Below are positions 9,385 through 17,967 of a DNA stretch of 64,000 nt, piece after piece. The position numbers and the translations under genes were made by a program. The notes under the pieces were generated by a model. The model was not told the origin of the DNA, searched no databases, and saw only the letters and a list, made by a program, of their open reading frames with translations. Positions within the stretch are counted from its first letter, which is position 1. Each line of letters starts with the position of its first letter. Source of the stretch: Actinomycetes bacterium (lineage in GTDB: Bacteria > Actinomycetota > Thermoleophilia > BMS3ABIN01); NCBI GenBank assembly GCA_021787475.1, contig JAJYLW010000012.1, forward strand, positions 3,074 through 67,073, in the 5' to 3' direction.

Positions 9385-10197
9385 ATGACCGCCAACGCAT
9401 TTGAAGTCAAATCAGTAAGCTACCACTACGAGGACGCCGCCGGCCTGGACGGCGTCAGCCTGACGGTGGCGGCAGGGGAAAAGGTTGCGCTCCTTGGCGC
9501 CAACGGATCCGGCAAATCGACGATGCTGAAAATCCTGGACGGCCTCATTCTTCCCAATGAAGGCACGGTGGCCGCCTTCGGCGAGAAGCTTACCGAAGAA
9601 ACCCTGAACGACGAGGGCTTCTCAAAGGCGTTCCGCCGCCGCGTCGGCTTTGTCTTCCAGAACCCGGAGGCGCAGCTGTTTTCCTCAAGCGTTTGGGAGG
9701 AGATTGCGTTTGGCCCGCTGCATCTGGGACTTGAGCATGACGAAATAATCACCCGGGTTGAGGACACCATGCATATTCTCGGGATCAACCACCTGAAGGA
9801 CCGTCCTCCCTATCACCTTAGCGGCGGTGAGAAAAAGAAGGTAGCGTTGGCGTCAGTGCTCGCCATCAACCCGGAAGTGCTGTTGCTGGACGAACCCTCC
9901 GCCGGACTTGACCCAAAAACAGAGGATTTCCTGATCCATCTGATCAGCGATCTGAACCGGGCCGGCAAAACAGTCATTACCGCCACTCAGGATCTTGGCA
10001 TCGTGCCGCAGATCGCCAGCAGGGCGATAGTGCTCGGTGAAGACCACCGCCTGTCGGGAGCAGGCCCTGCCGGCGAGGTGCTCGGCGACGAGGAGCTGCT
10101 CCGGCTGGCCAATCTGGTTCATTACCACGCCCATGAGCATGACGGCCTGCGTCATTATCACCCCCACAGCCATGTTGAAGAACACGATCACCATTAA
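9385..10197 (+). CDS. cbiO: ECF Ni/Co transporter ATPase with His-rich tail
   Basis: GANGSGKST, FQNPEAQLF, LSGGEKKK, LDEP; C-terminal HAHEH..HYHPHSH. Confidence 0.92.
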   Translation: MTANAFEVKSVSYHYEDAAGLDGVSLTVAAGEKVALLGANGSGKSTMLKILDGLILPNEGTVAAFGEKLTEETLNDEGFSKAFRRRVGFVFQNPEAQLFSSSVWEEIAFGPLHLGLEHDEIITRVEDTMHILGINHLKDRPPYHLSGGEKKKVALASVLAINPEVLLLDEPSAGLDPKTEDFLIHLISDLNRAGKTVITATQDLGIVPQIASRAIVLGEDHRLSGAGPAGEVLGDEELLRLANLVHYHAHEHDGLRHYHPHSHVEEHDHH

Positions 10198-10296
10198 CAT
10201 AAAGCTGATCTTCCAATTCTCTCTGGAGTGAACTCGGGGCTTGCCTCGATCTGCCGATGTCCGGCCGGCTCCGCTACGCCGGACGGCGGCCGGCTG

Positions 10297-10590
10297 CTAA
10301 TGATGGCTGCTTTTGACTTCAAACGAAGGCAGGTTTTCCGGCGGCTCGGAGCGATCATCGACTATGTTGTCAACATGAGCGTGGGGAGGGCCGTCATGGC
10401 AAAGCGCCACCATTTGCCTGACGATGCCCGCCGGTCCCTCGAAAACCGCTTCAACCCGCCCGTCGAAGAGATTGCGCACCCAGCCGTGGATCCCCAGCCG
10501 GGAGGCATGCTCCGCCACCCAGGAGCGGAAAAAAACGCCCTGGACGCGACCGCTGATATAAACATGAACGCGTGTAAGCCCGGTTGACAC
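10297..10590 (-). CDS. acyP: Acylphosphatase
   Basis: ISGRVQGVFFR, GWVRNLFDGRVE, GPPHAHV. Confidence 0.93.
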   Translation of the reverse strand: MSTGLTRVHVYISGRVQGVFFRSWVAEHASRLGIHGWVRNLFDGRVEAVFEGPAGIVRQMVALCHDGPPHAHVDNIVDDRSEPPENLPSFEVKSSHH

Positions 10591-10706
10591 TGTGATTAAT
10601 CAAACGTTAGAGTTCCGACTTTTAAAAACTAAAACAAATATAACGTTTGTCAAGTAACGTTATGTTATTGACTTTTCGTTCAGCAATCCAAATCCGCATT
10701 CCGAAT

Positions 10707-11276
10707 TTAAACAAGCACCCTCAGTCCCTTGTATTTCATCTTCTTGAGCCGCCGCACCCTCAGCGCCAGCCAGACGACAAGCAGAAAAACCGGATATCCT
10801 GCCGGGGGCAGCAGCATCATCGGGACTGCCAGGACCAGTACCGAGAAATCGAGCGCCGCCCCCGGGTCGGACCCCCCCGCGGTGATTGTTAGCCCTTGGC
10901 GAACGTACATGCCCATCAGCGCCAAGACGGCGCCGGCCGGCAGCGCCGCCAGATAAACGGGTCCGCCCACTTCTCCCGAAACCGGAGCGGTAAGCAGCAG
11001 GGCCCCGGCGGCGACGGCAAGGGGCAAGCGCAAGAACAGGCCCAGCCTGTCAAGCAGCGGCAGGTAGCTTATGGCAATCTCAAGGGCGATCAGCGCGATC
11101 AGCACGGCGATAGCGCCAACGGATTGCATGAAATTCAAGGGCGTCCCCTGAGTCCGGAATCCCCAGGCCCAGCCAAACCTGGCGAAGAAAATAAAGACGG
11201 CCAGCGGGATGGAGGGACGCACCCCGGCAAGCGCCGCCAGCCCCGCACCGGCCCCAATTGCCCAAACGGTTGGCAT
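10707..11276 (-). CDS. DUF4126-like membrane protein
   Basis: GLAALAGVRP, hydrophobic helices, C-terminal KYKGLRVL. Confidence 0.65.
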   Translation of the reverse strand: MPTVWAIGAGAGLAALAGVRPSIPLAVFIFFARFGWAWGFRTQGTPLNFMQSVGAIAVLIALIALEIAISYLPLLDRLGLFLRLPLAVAAGALLLTAPVSGEVGGPVYLAALPAGAVLALMGMYVRQGLTITAGGSDPGAALDFSVLVLAVPMMLLPPAGYPVFLLVVWLALRVRRLKKMKYKGLRVLV

Positions 11277-11456
11277 TTACACTCCTTTTAAACAAGCTGA
11301 TCATACGGTTTTATTCAGGAATCTGCTCAGGGTTTTACATTTCTCCTGGCTATCCCGAGTTGGTTGGCTGATCAGTCTAAACAATGATGAACAAAGCTGC
11401 ATTCTACCATTCCCGCGTTGTTGCTTAAAGCTACAGGCGAGACTAGAATCAAGGAA

Positions 11457-12704
11457 ATGACAAAAATCGATTTTGACAAATATGAAGAATTCTATGCTAA
11501 ACGCTCAGGCGAGATGCGATCATCGGTCATGCGCGACCTGATGGCGGTGGTGGCGCGGCCGGAGGTTATCTCGCTGGCCGGCGGCTTGCCCAGCACGGAG
11601 AGCTTTTCCCGCAAGATGCTGGCAAAAATCATGCACGACGTCTCGATGCACGAGTCGGCGGCGGCGCTTCAGTACGGCCCCACCGAGGGTTTCGATGAAA
11701 CAAAACAGAACATCGCCAAAGTGATGGCCGCCGAGGGCACCCATGTTGACATTGACGATCTGATTGTGACGACCGGCGCCCAGCAGGGAATCGACCTGTC
11801 GGCGCGGCTGCTGATCGACCCGGGCGATGTCATTATTGCCGAGGCGCCCACCTATCCGGGCGCGATTCCTTCCTTCACGAACTTTCAGGCCGAAGTGATC
11901 CAGATTCCTCTTGATGAAGACGGTCTTCGCACAGATTTGACCAGGAAAGAAGTTGAGCGGCTGGCCAAAAACGGCAGAAAGCCAAAATTCATCTACGTCA
12001 TTCCCAATTTTCACAACCCGGCCGGAGTTTCCCTGAGCCTGCGCCGCCGGCACGAGTTGGTGGCCCTGGCAAAAGAGCACGGGCTTATCATCCTCGAGGA
12101 CAATCCTTATGGCCAGCTCCGTTTCGAGGGAGAGCCGCTGCCAAACCTGTTCTCGCTTGACAATGACAATAATGTCATCTACCTGGGCACATTTTCGAAA
12201 ATCCTGTCGCCGGGGATCAGGCTCGGCTGGGTGGCGGCCCCGGCGCCGCTGCTGGCGAAGTTTAATCTGGGCAAGCAGGCGGCTGACCTGTGCCCGTCTA
12301 CACTGGCGCAGATGATGGTCAACCGGTATTTTAGTGAAGCCCGCTGGCAGGATTACGTCGAGAAGGTGATCGGGGTCTACCGCGCCCGCCGCGACGTGAT
12401 GCTGGCGGCGCTGGCAGAGTACTTCCCCGAGGAGGCCAGCTGGACGCGCCCCCAGGGCGGCTTTTACGTCTGGGCGACACTGCCCGGATACCTCAACAGT
12501 GTTGACCTGCTGGCGCTGGCGCTGGAGGAAGAGCAGGTTGCGTTTGTGCCCGGGTCGGGCGCCTGGGCCGACGGCGTCAGCGGCGCCAACCACTTGCGCC
12601 TGGCGTTCTGCGGCGTGCCGCAAGACAAGATCGTGGAAGGCATCAAGCGGATCGGCAAGGTCATCAGAGAGCAGATGGAGCTGTTCCGGGCGCTGGGTGG
12701 ATAA
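11457..12704 (+). CDS. PLP-dependent aminotransferase class I/II (LysN/MocR-like catalytic domain)
   Basis: ISLAGGLP, LQYGPTEG, PNFHNPAG, EDNPY, GTFSKILSPGIRLGW. Confidence 0.92.
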   Translation: MTKIDFDKYEEFYAKRSGEMRSSVMRDLMAVVARPEVISLAGGLPSTESFSRKMLAKIMHDVSMHESAAALQYGPTEGFDETKQNIAKVMAAEGTHVDIDDLIVTTGAQQGIDLSARLLIDPGDVIIAEAPTYPGAIPSFTNFQAEVIQIPLDEDGLRTDLTRKEVERLAKNGRKPKFIYVIPNFHNPAGVSLSLRRRHELVALAKEHGLIILEDNPYGQLRFEGEPLPNLFSLDNDNNVIYLGTFSKILSPGIRLGWVAAPAPLLAKFNLGKQAADLCPSTLAQMMVNRYFSEARWQDYVEKVIGVYRARRDVMLAALAEYFPEEASWTRPQGGFYVWATLPGYLNSVDLLALALEEEQVAFVPGSGAWADGVSGANHLRLAFCGVPQDKIVEGIKRIGKVIREQMELFRALGG

Positions 12705-12705
12705 G

Positions 12706-12747
12706 AATGGAGTCCGGATTTTGGATATTGGATGCCCGACGCTTGAT
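12706..12747 (+). repeat. 7-bp-period array (NNYGGAT-like)
   Basis: aatggag tccggat tttggat attggat gcccgac gcttgat directly after the stop codon. Confidence 0.65.
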
Positions 12748-12819
12748 GAACAGCTTAAATCTTCGGCCTGAAGACGAAGCGCGAAGAATAAAAACGATTC
12801 CTGAACCGGGAGGGAAGCA

Positions 12820-13755
12820 ATGGGCAAGAAAATTGCGGTTTTGAAGGGCGGGCGCTCGCTGGAGCGCAACATTTCCCTTAAGTCCGGCGCCAGGGTGGAA
12901 AAGGCGCTTGCGAAGCTGGGCTACCGCGCCGAAGGCATCGATGTTGATGCGCGGCTGGTAAAAAAGCTGAAGAAAATGAAACCCGATGCAGCTTTTATCG
13001 CCATGCACGGCAAGAGCGGGGAAGACGGCACCGTGCAGGAACTCCTCGACATTCTCGGCATTCCCTACACCGGATCGGAGGTGCTGCCCTCCATCCGCTG
13101 CATGGACAAGGTCCTTTCCAAGCATATTTTTGTCGCCGACCGCATCCCGACGCCCCGTTTCTACGCCTTCAACCGGGACGCCTTCCAGGAGCTCGGCGCT
13201 GTTGACACCATGCCTACCATTGCCGGCGAACTGGGATTGCCAATCGTCGTCAAGCCTTCCGGCCAGGGCTCGGCGCTGGGCGTCCGGTTTGCGCACACGG
13301 TGGAGGAGCTGCCAGCGGCGTTGATATCAGCATTTAGCTTTGATAATAAGGTCCTGCTGGAGAAATACGTCAAGGGCCAGGAGTTGGCGGTCAGCATCAT
13401 CGGCAGGCAGCCGCGGGCGCTGCCGATTGTCGAGGCTGTACCGAAAACCGAGTTCTTCGATTTCGAATCACGCTACACGATGGGCAAGGCGGATTACATC
13501 GTCCCGGCTGAGATTCCCGACGACATCGCCGCCAGGGCGGTCGATGTTTCATTGAGCGCCTTTAACTCCCTCCAGTGCTCCGGGTTTGGCAGGGTGGACC
13601 TGATTCTGGATGAAAACAGCGACGTCTGGTGCCTGGAGATCAACACTATTCCCGGTTTTACGGAAACCAGCCTGCTGCCGATGGCTGCTCAGGCCGCCGG
13701 CCTGAGCTTCAACGAGATGGTTGAGGAAATATTGCTCTGCGCCATGGAGGGTTAG
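12820..13755 (+). CDS. ddl: D-alanine--D-alanine ligase family protein (aminotransferase-linked paralog)
   Basis: GGRSLER..SLKSG, HGKSGEDG, CMDK, GSALG, EINTIPG. Confidence 0.9.
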   Translation: MGKKIAVLKGGRSLERNISLKSGARVEKALAKLGYRAEGIDVDARLVKKLKKMKPDAAFIAMHGKSGEDGTVQELLDILGIPYTGSEVLPSIRCMDKVLSKHIFVADRIPTPRFYAFNRDAFQELGAVDTMPTIAGELGLPIVVKPSGQGSALGVRFAHTVEELPAALISAFSFDNKVLLEKYVKGQELAVSIIGRQPRALPIVEAVPKTEFFDFESRYTMGKADYIVPAEIPDDIAARAVDVSLSAFNSLQCSGFGRVDLILDENSDVWCLEINTIPGFTETSLLPMAAQAAGLSFNEMVEEILLCAMEG

Positions 13756-13777
13756 TTTGCATCCACCATCCTTTTTT

Positions 13778-13853
13778 TGGCGCCCCGAGAAGGAATCGAA
13801 CCTTCGGCCTACCGCTTAGGAGGCGGTCGCTCTATCCCCTGAGCTATCGGGGC
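13778..13853 (-). tRNA. tRNA-Arg (anticodon CCT)
   Basis: 76 nt cloverleaf: GCCCCGA/TCGGGGC acceptor stem, ACCGC-CTCCTAA-GCGGT anticodon arm, GGTTCGATTCC, encoded CCA. Confidence 0.97.
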
Positions 13854-13866
13854 CCATAAATCGGGT

Positions 13867-14020
13867 GATGGATTTTAGATGTCGAATTTTGGATATAAGA
13901 TAAACCGGATACCGGATGCGATTCCGGCTCCTGGAAAACTCAACTCCTGTGAAAACAATTAAGGGTAATCTCTTGTCAGGTTATTATCCAGAATCCGGTG
14001 TCCAGAATCCAGGATCCGCT
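13867..14020. repeat. Two oppositely oriented 7-bp-period arrays in a divergent intergenic region
   Basis: GGAT-type units 13867-13917; ATCC-type units 13986-14020. Confidence 0.7.
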
Positions 14021-14085
14021 TTACATTGCATATCGAGACGCGATGAACTAGGATGCTTTTCAATGACCGCAGCGAATCTTAAGTT

Positions 14086-15531
14086 ATGAAAGTTCTTCTT
14101 GTACAACCTCCGCAGTTCGGCAAACCCGGCTTTACCAAGGTGGCGCTGGTGGAGCCCCTCGGTCTGGAGATGGTTGGCGGCGCCCTCAGGAACGAACACG
14201 AGGTCCGCATCCATGACATGCGCGTCGATGGCGATTTCGCCGGGGCGGTCCGGTCGTTCAAACCCGACGCTGTCGGCATCAGTTGTTCTTTTACCATAGA
14301 TGTATACCGTAGCCGGAAGATCGCCGGGCAAGCGAAGGATTGTGGCGCGCCCTTCGTTTTCGTGGGCGGCCTGCATGCCTCTTTGAATCCGGCTGATTTC
14401 AACGACCCGGCGATTGACTGCGTTGTCATCGGCGAGGGCGAGTTTACTTCACTGGAGCTGATGAACACGCTCCGGGACGGCGCCGATTTAAACGGGGTGC
14501 AAGGCTTGGCCATCAACACCCCGGAAGGCCAGCATTCTACCGGGCGGCGGCCGCCGATAGCAAAAATGGATGATCTGCCGCTGCCGGCGCGCGACCTGCT
14601 GCCCGCCGGCCGCCGCCACCGTTATTTCTTTAATTTTTGGAAGCCGCTGGCGACGCTTGAGACGGCCCGCGGCTGCCCGCACCGCTGCAACTTCTGCAGC
14701 GTCTGGGCCTTCTTTGAAGGTCGCTGCCGCACGAAGAGCCCGGAACGGGTTGTCGATGAGCTGGGGCGGCTGAAAGAAAAATATGTTTTTATTACTGATG
14801 ATAACTTCCTGCTAAACGTCAAGCGGGCGAGCAAAATCGCCGACCTGATCCAAAGCCGTCACATCAGAAAAACGTATACTTTCCAGGCCCGCAGCGACAC
14901 CATTGTCAAGCATCCCGAGATCATTTCCCAGTGGCGAAAGATCGGGCTCAAGCACATTTTCATCGGCTTTGAGAGCATCGACCAGGAAGAACTGAAGGCA
15001 GTCAACAAGCGCAACAGCGTTGAAACAAACGAGGCGGCGCTTGAGATTATTCATAAGCACCACAACATCTCGGTTACGGGCGCTTTTATCGTCAATCCGC
15101 AATATGGCCACCGCGAGTTCGAGCAGTTGCGCAAGTACGTGTCCGCGCACGGCATCAACGTTCCGCAATTCTCAGTGCTGACGCCGCTGCCGGGAACGGA
15201 TCTTTTCCGGGAAATCGAGAGCAAGATAACCAACAAGAATTACGAGCTTTATGACTTTCTCCACTCGGTCGTGGAAACCAAGCTGGATGCCGCCGAGTTT
15301 TACAAGGAGTTGGCCGAGCTGTACCGGTCTGCTTACATAAACTCCGGCGTTGTCGTTAAGAGGGCGTTGCCTCTGATTGTCGGCCTGGCCACGCGGAGGC
15401 TGACCCTGAACCACATGCGGCTGATTGTGAAATCAGCCCGCGAGTTTGCCGATGCGCGCAACTATCTTAAACCCCTGGGGGCGGTAAGCACGCTGAAGCC
15501 GACCAGCAACCCCGGCAAGGCCGGTAGTTGA
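14086..15531 (+). CDS. Cobalamin-binding radical SAM protein (class B methyltransferase-like)
   Basis: EPLGL, VGGLHA, VIGEGE, RGCPHRCNFC, DDNF, IGFES, TPLPGT. Confidence 0.9.
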   Translation: MKVLLVQPPQFGKPGFTKVALVEPLGLEMVGGALRNEHEVRIHDMRVDGDFAGAVRSFKPDAVGISCSFTIDVYRSRKIAGQAKDCGAPFVFVGGLHASLNPADFNDPAIDCVVIGEGEFTSLELMNTLRDGADLNGVQGLAINTPEGQHSTGRRPPIAKMDDLPLPARDLLPAGRRHRYFFNFWKPLATLETARGCPHRCNFCSVWAFFEGRCRTKSPERVVDELGRLKEKYVFITDDNFLLNVKRASKIADLIQSRHIRKTYTFQARSDTIVKHPEIISQWRKIGLKHIFIGFESIDQEELKAVNKRNSVETNEAALEIIHKHHNISVTGAFIVNPQYGHREFEQLRKYVSAHGINVPQFSVLTPLPGTDLFREIESKITNKNYELYDFLHSVVETKLDAAEFYKELAELYRSAYINSGVVVKRALPLIVGLATRRLTLNHMRLIVKSAREFADARNYLKPLGAVSTLKPTSNPGKAGS

Positions 15532-15546
15532 TACAAACGCCGTAAC

Positions 15547-16575
15547 GTGGCTGCAGTGGGTTCAACTGACCGCGCCTTGACAACCGTAGCTGAGGCTCTC
15601 GCGGCGGAAACGAAAATCCTGATCACCTGTCATGTCAATCCCGACGGTGACGCCCTTGGATCTGTAATTGCCCTCCACCTTGCGCTTTCTTCACTTGGCG
15701 CCGACAGCGTCATGTACTTGTCCCAGACGGATCCTGTCGCGCCAGAATGGTGCTTCCTGGGCGGGCTGAAGCAGATAATTAAAGGCGATCTTCCCGCAGA
15801 TTATCAGCTCCGGACGCTCGTGGCGCTGGACTGCGGCAGCGCCGAGCGCATCGGCAATGAAGAGCTGGTGAAATCGTCGCCGAGGATTATCAATATCGAC
15901 CACCATGCGGACAACACCCGCTTTGGCGAGATTAACCTGGTTGTCAACGGCGCCAGCTCCACCGCCGAGATCCTGTTTTTCATAATGCAAAAAATGGGCT
16001 TTGATATTACGGCCGAAATTTCCGAAGCGCTTTACACCGGCATCCTTGTGGACAGCGGCCGGTTTCAGTATGCCTCCGCCTCGCCGACCACCTTTCGGGT
16101 CGCGGCCGATCTGATCGGGCGGGGGGCCCGCCACACAGATATCTTCCGCCATGTGTATGAAACGGTGCCGCTGGCAAAAACCCGCCTTTCCTGCCGCATG
16201 TTCGATCATCTGTCGCTTGCTTGCGACGGCCGGCTGGCGGTTTCCGTTTTGGAGGCGGAAGACTTTCGCCAAGCCGCCGCCGGCGACAACCTGACTGAAG
16301 GGCTGGTGGACAGCCTCCGGGCAATTGAAGGGGTAATAGTTGCGGCGCTTATTTATGCGAAGCCCGATCAGGAAAAAGCGGAAGCGTCATCCTACCGGCT
16401 CAGCCTCCGGTCTTCCTCTGGCGCCGTCAATGTGCAAAGAATCGCCAAGGCAAAAGGCGGTGGCGGACATCCCCAGGCGGCCGGGGCGTCAATAAACGGT
16501 GAGACAGCTGCGCAGATTACCGAATTTCTTGCTGACAGGGTCAACAGGGCCATTGCCAGGGCCGGATTGAAATGA
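15547..16575 (+). CDS. nrnA: DHH/DHHA1 phosphoesterase (NrnA-like nanoRNase/pAp phosphatase)
   Basis: HVNPDGDALGS, IDHH, DSGRF, SLRS, GGGGHPQAAG. Confidence 0.88.
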   Translation: MAAVGSTDRALTTVAEALAAETKILITCHVNPDGDALGSVIALHLALSSLGADSVMYLSQTDPVAPEWCFLGGLKQIIKGDLPADYQLRTLVALDCGSAERIGNEELVKSSPRIINIDHHADNTRFGEINLVVNGASSTAEILFFIMQKMGFDITAEISEALYTGILVDSGRFQYASASPTTFRVAADLIGRGARHTDIFRHVYETVPLAKTRLSCRMFDHLSLACDGRLAVSVLEAEDFRQAAAGDNLTEGLVDSLRAIEGVIVAALIYAKPDQEKAEASSYRLSLRSSSGAVNVQRIAKAKGGGGHPQAAGASINGETAAQITEFLADRVNRAIARAGLK

Positions 16576-16626
16576 TGGCCGCGGGGGAAATTACCAACTG
16601 AATTCGAAGTCCCGAGCTCCGCGTCC

Positions 16627-16672
16627 GTAGGGGGCGCGGGCATCAGCACGCTATGGCGCGTATGCTGCGCCC
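16627..16672. repeat. GTAG-type REP-like palindrome
   Basis: GTAGGGGGCGCGGGCAT...ATGCTGCGCCC. Confidence 0.45.
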
Positions 16673-16760
16673 GTCAATGTTAACAATCATTTTGGTCAAT
16701 AAATAAACGAATTGGCAGGTCATTTCGAATATTTCTCAGCACAGAAAAGGAGCGTTCAGA

Positions 16761-16795
16761 AACTTTGAACTTTGAACACGGAACTTGGAACCCGG
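16761..16795 (+). repeat. 7-bp-period array (AACYYKG x5)
   Basis: aactttg aactttg aacacgg aacttgg aacccgg, 13 bp before the ATG. Confidence 0.75.
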
Positions 16796-16808
16796 TTAAA
16801 GCAACGCC

Positions 16809-17828
16809 ATGAAAATTGCGATGCTGGCTCCGCCCTGGATCAAGATACCGCCTGCCGGTTACGGCGGCATCGAGTGGGTGGTTCATTATCTGACGGATGC
16901 GATGGTGGATCAGGGCCATGATGTCACACTTTTCGCCGCGGGCAACTCAAGCACGAAAGCAAAGCTTGTCGCCGTCTTTCCCGGCGAGATGCCGGACCGG
17001 ATAGGACAAACAATGTATGAAGTCAAGCAGGTGGCTTCCTGCTTCCGGCAGGCGGGCGGCTTTGATGTCATTCACGACCACTCCGGTTTTTCCGCCGTGC
17101 CGTTTGCTTCCTTGATCGAAACTCCGGTGGTGCACACCCTTCACGGCCCTTTCAGCGGCGACATCTGCCCATTTTACGAGACATTCCATGACTCGGCTCA
17201 TTATGTCGCCATCAGCGAGTATCAGCGAAGCTGCTGTCCAGGGCTACAGTACGCGGGAACCGTTTATAACCCGATCGACATCAACAACTGGCCGTTCCGG
17301 GACCGGGACGAAAAGGAAGATTATCTGCTTGCCTTCGGCCGCCTCTGCGCAGAAAAAGGATTCCATACTGCCGTCGAGGTTGCCAAACGCACCGGCAACC
17401 GGCTAATAATAGCCGGTGCCGTCCAGCATGTATACCGCGATTATTATGAAACGGTGATCAAGCCTCAGGTCGACGGTGATCAAATCCGTTTCGTAGGAGA
17501 AGTTAGCCTGACGGAGAAATGGAACCTGTTCTCCAAGGCAAAGGCGTTCCTGTTTCCGATCGAGTGGCCGGAACCGTTCGGGCTGGTAATGATCGAGGCC
17601 ATGGCCTGCGGGACACCGGTGCTGGCGTTTCCGGAAGGGTCCGTGCCCGAAGTCGTGTCCGACGGTGTCACCGGCTTTGTCGTGGGCGATGTTGACGAGA
17701 TGGTGGACCGGCTGGGCGGAATCGATGAGATTGACGCCGCCGCCTGCCGCCGGTATGTGCAGGAAAAGTTCAGCGTTTCAAAGGCTGCCGATGGCTATGA
17801 GCGTATTTACAGGGAGATTGCCGGCTGA
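16809..17828 (+). CDS. Glycosyltransferase family 4
   Basis: PPAGYGGIE, HTLHG, EKG, WPEPFGLVMIEAMACGTPV. Confidence 0.93.
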   Translation: MKIAMLAPPWIKIPPAGYGGIEWVVHYLTDAMVDQGHDVTLFAAGNSSTKAKLVAVFPGEMPDRIGQTMYEVKQVASCFRQAGGFDVIHDHSGFSAVPFASLIETPVVHTLHGPFSGDICPFYETFHDSAHYVAISEYQRSCCPGLQYAGTVYNPIDINNWPFRDRDEKEDYLLAFGRLCAEKGFHTAVEVAKRTGNRLIIAGAVQHVYRDYYETVIKPQVDGDQIRFVGEVSLTEKWNLFSKAKAFLFPIEWPEPFGLVMIEAMACGTPVLAFPEGSVPEVVSDGVTGFVVGDVDEMVDRLGGIDEIDAAACRRYVQEKFSVSKAADGYERIYREIAG

Positions 17829-17967
17829 TGCCGGCTGAGAGACTTATCCTGGTAAATTGTATCCTGCTGGGACAAGCTCTTAAGTGGCTTGCCTGCGCCG
17901 AAAGGGGCGCAGTATAATATTTCGGCCTCCTGGAGGCTGCTTTTGTAAGCGGGAAGTTGAGAAGCCG

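Noticed and set aside
11520-12872. 450-aa antisense ORF and many similar shadow ORFs
   Set aside because: Mirror frames of well-supported GC-rich genes with no motifs of their own
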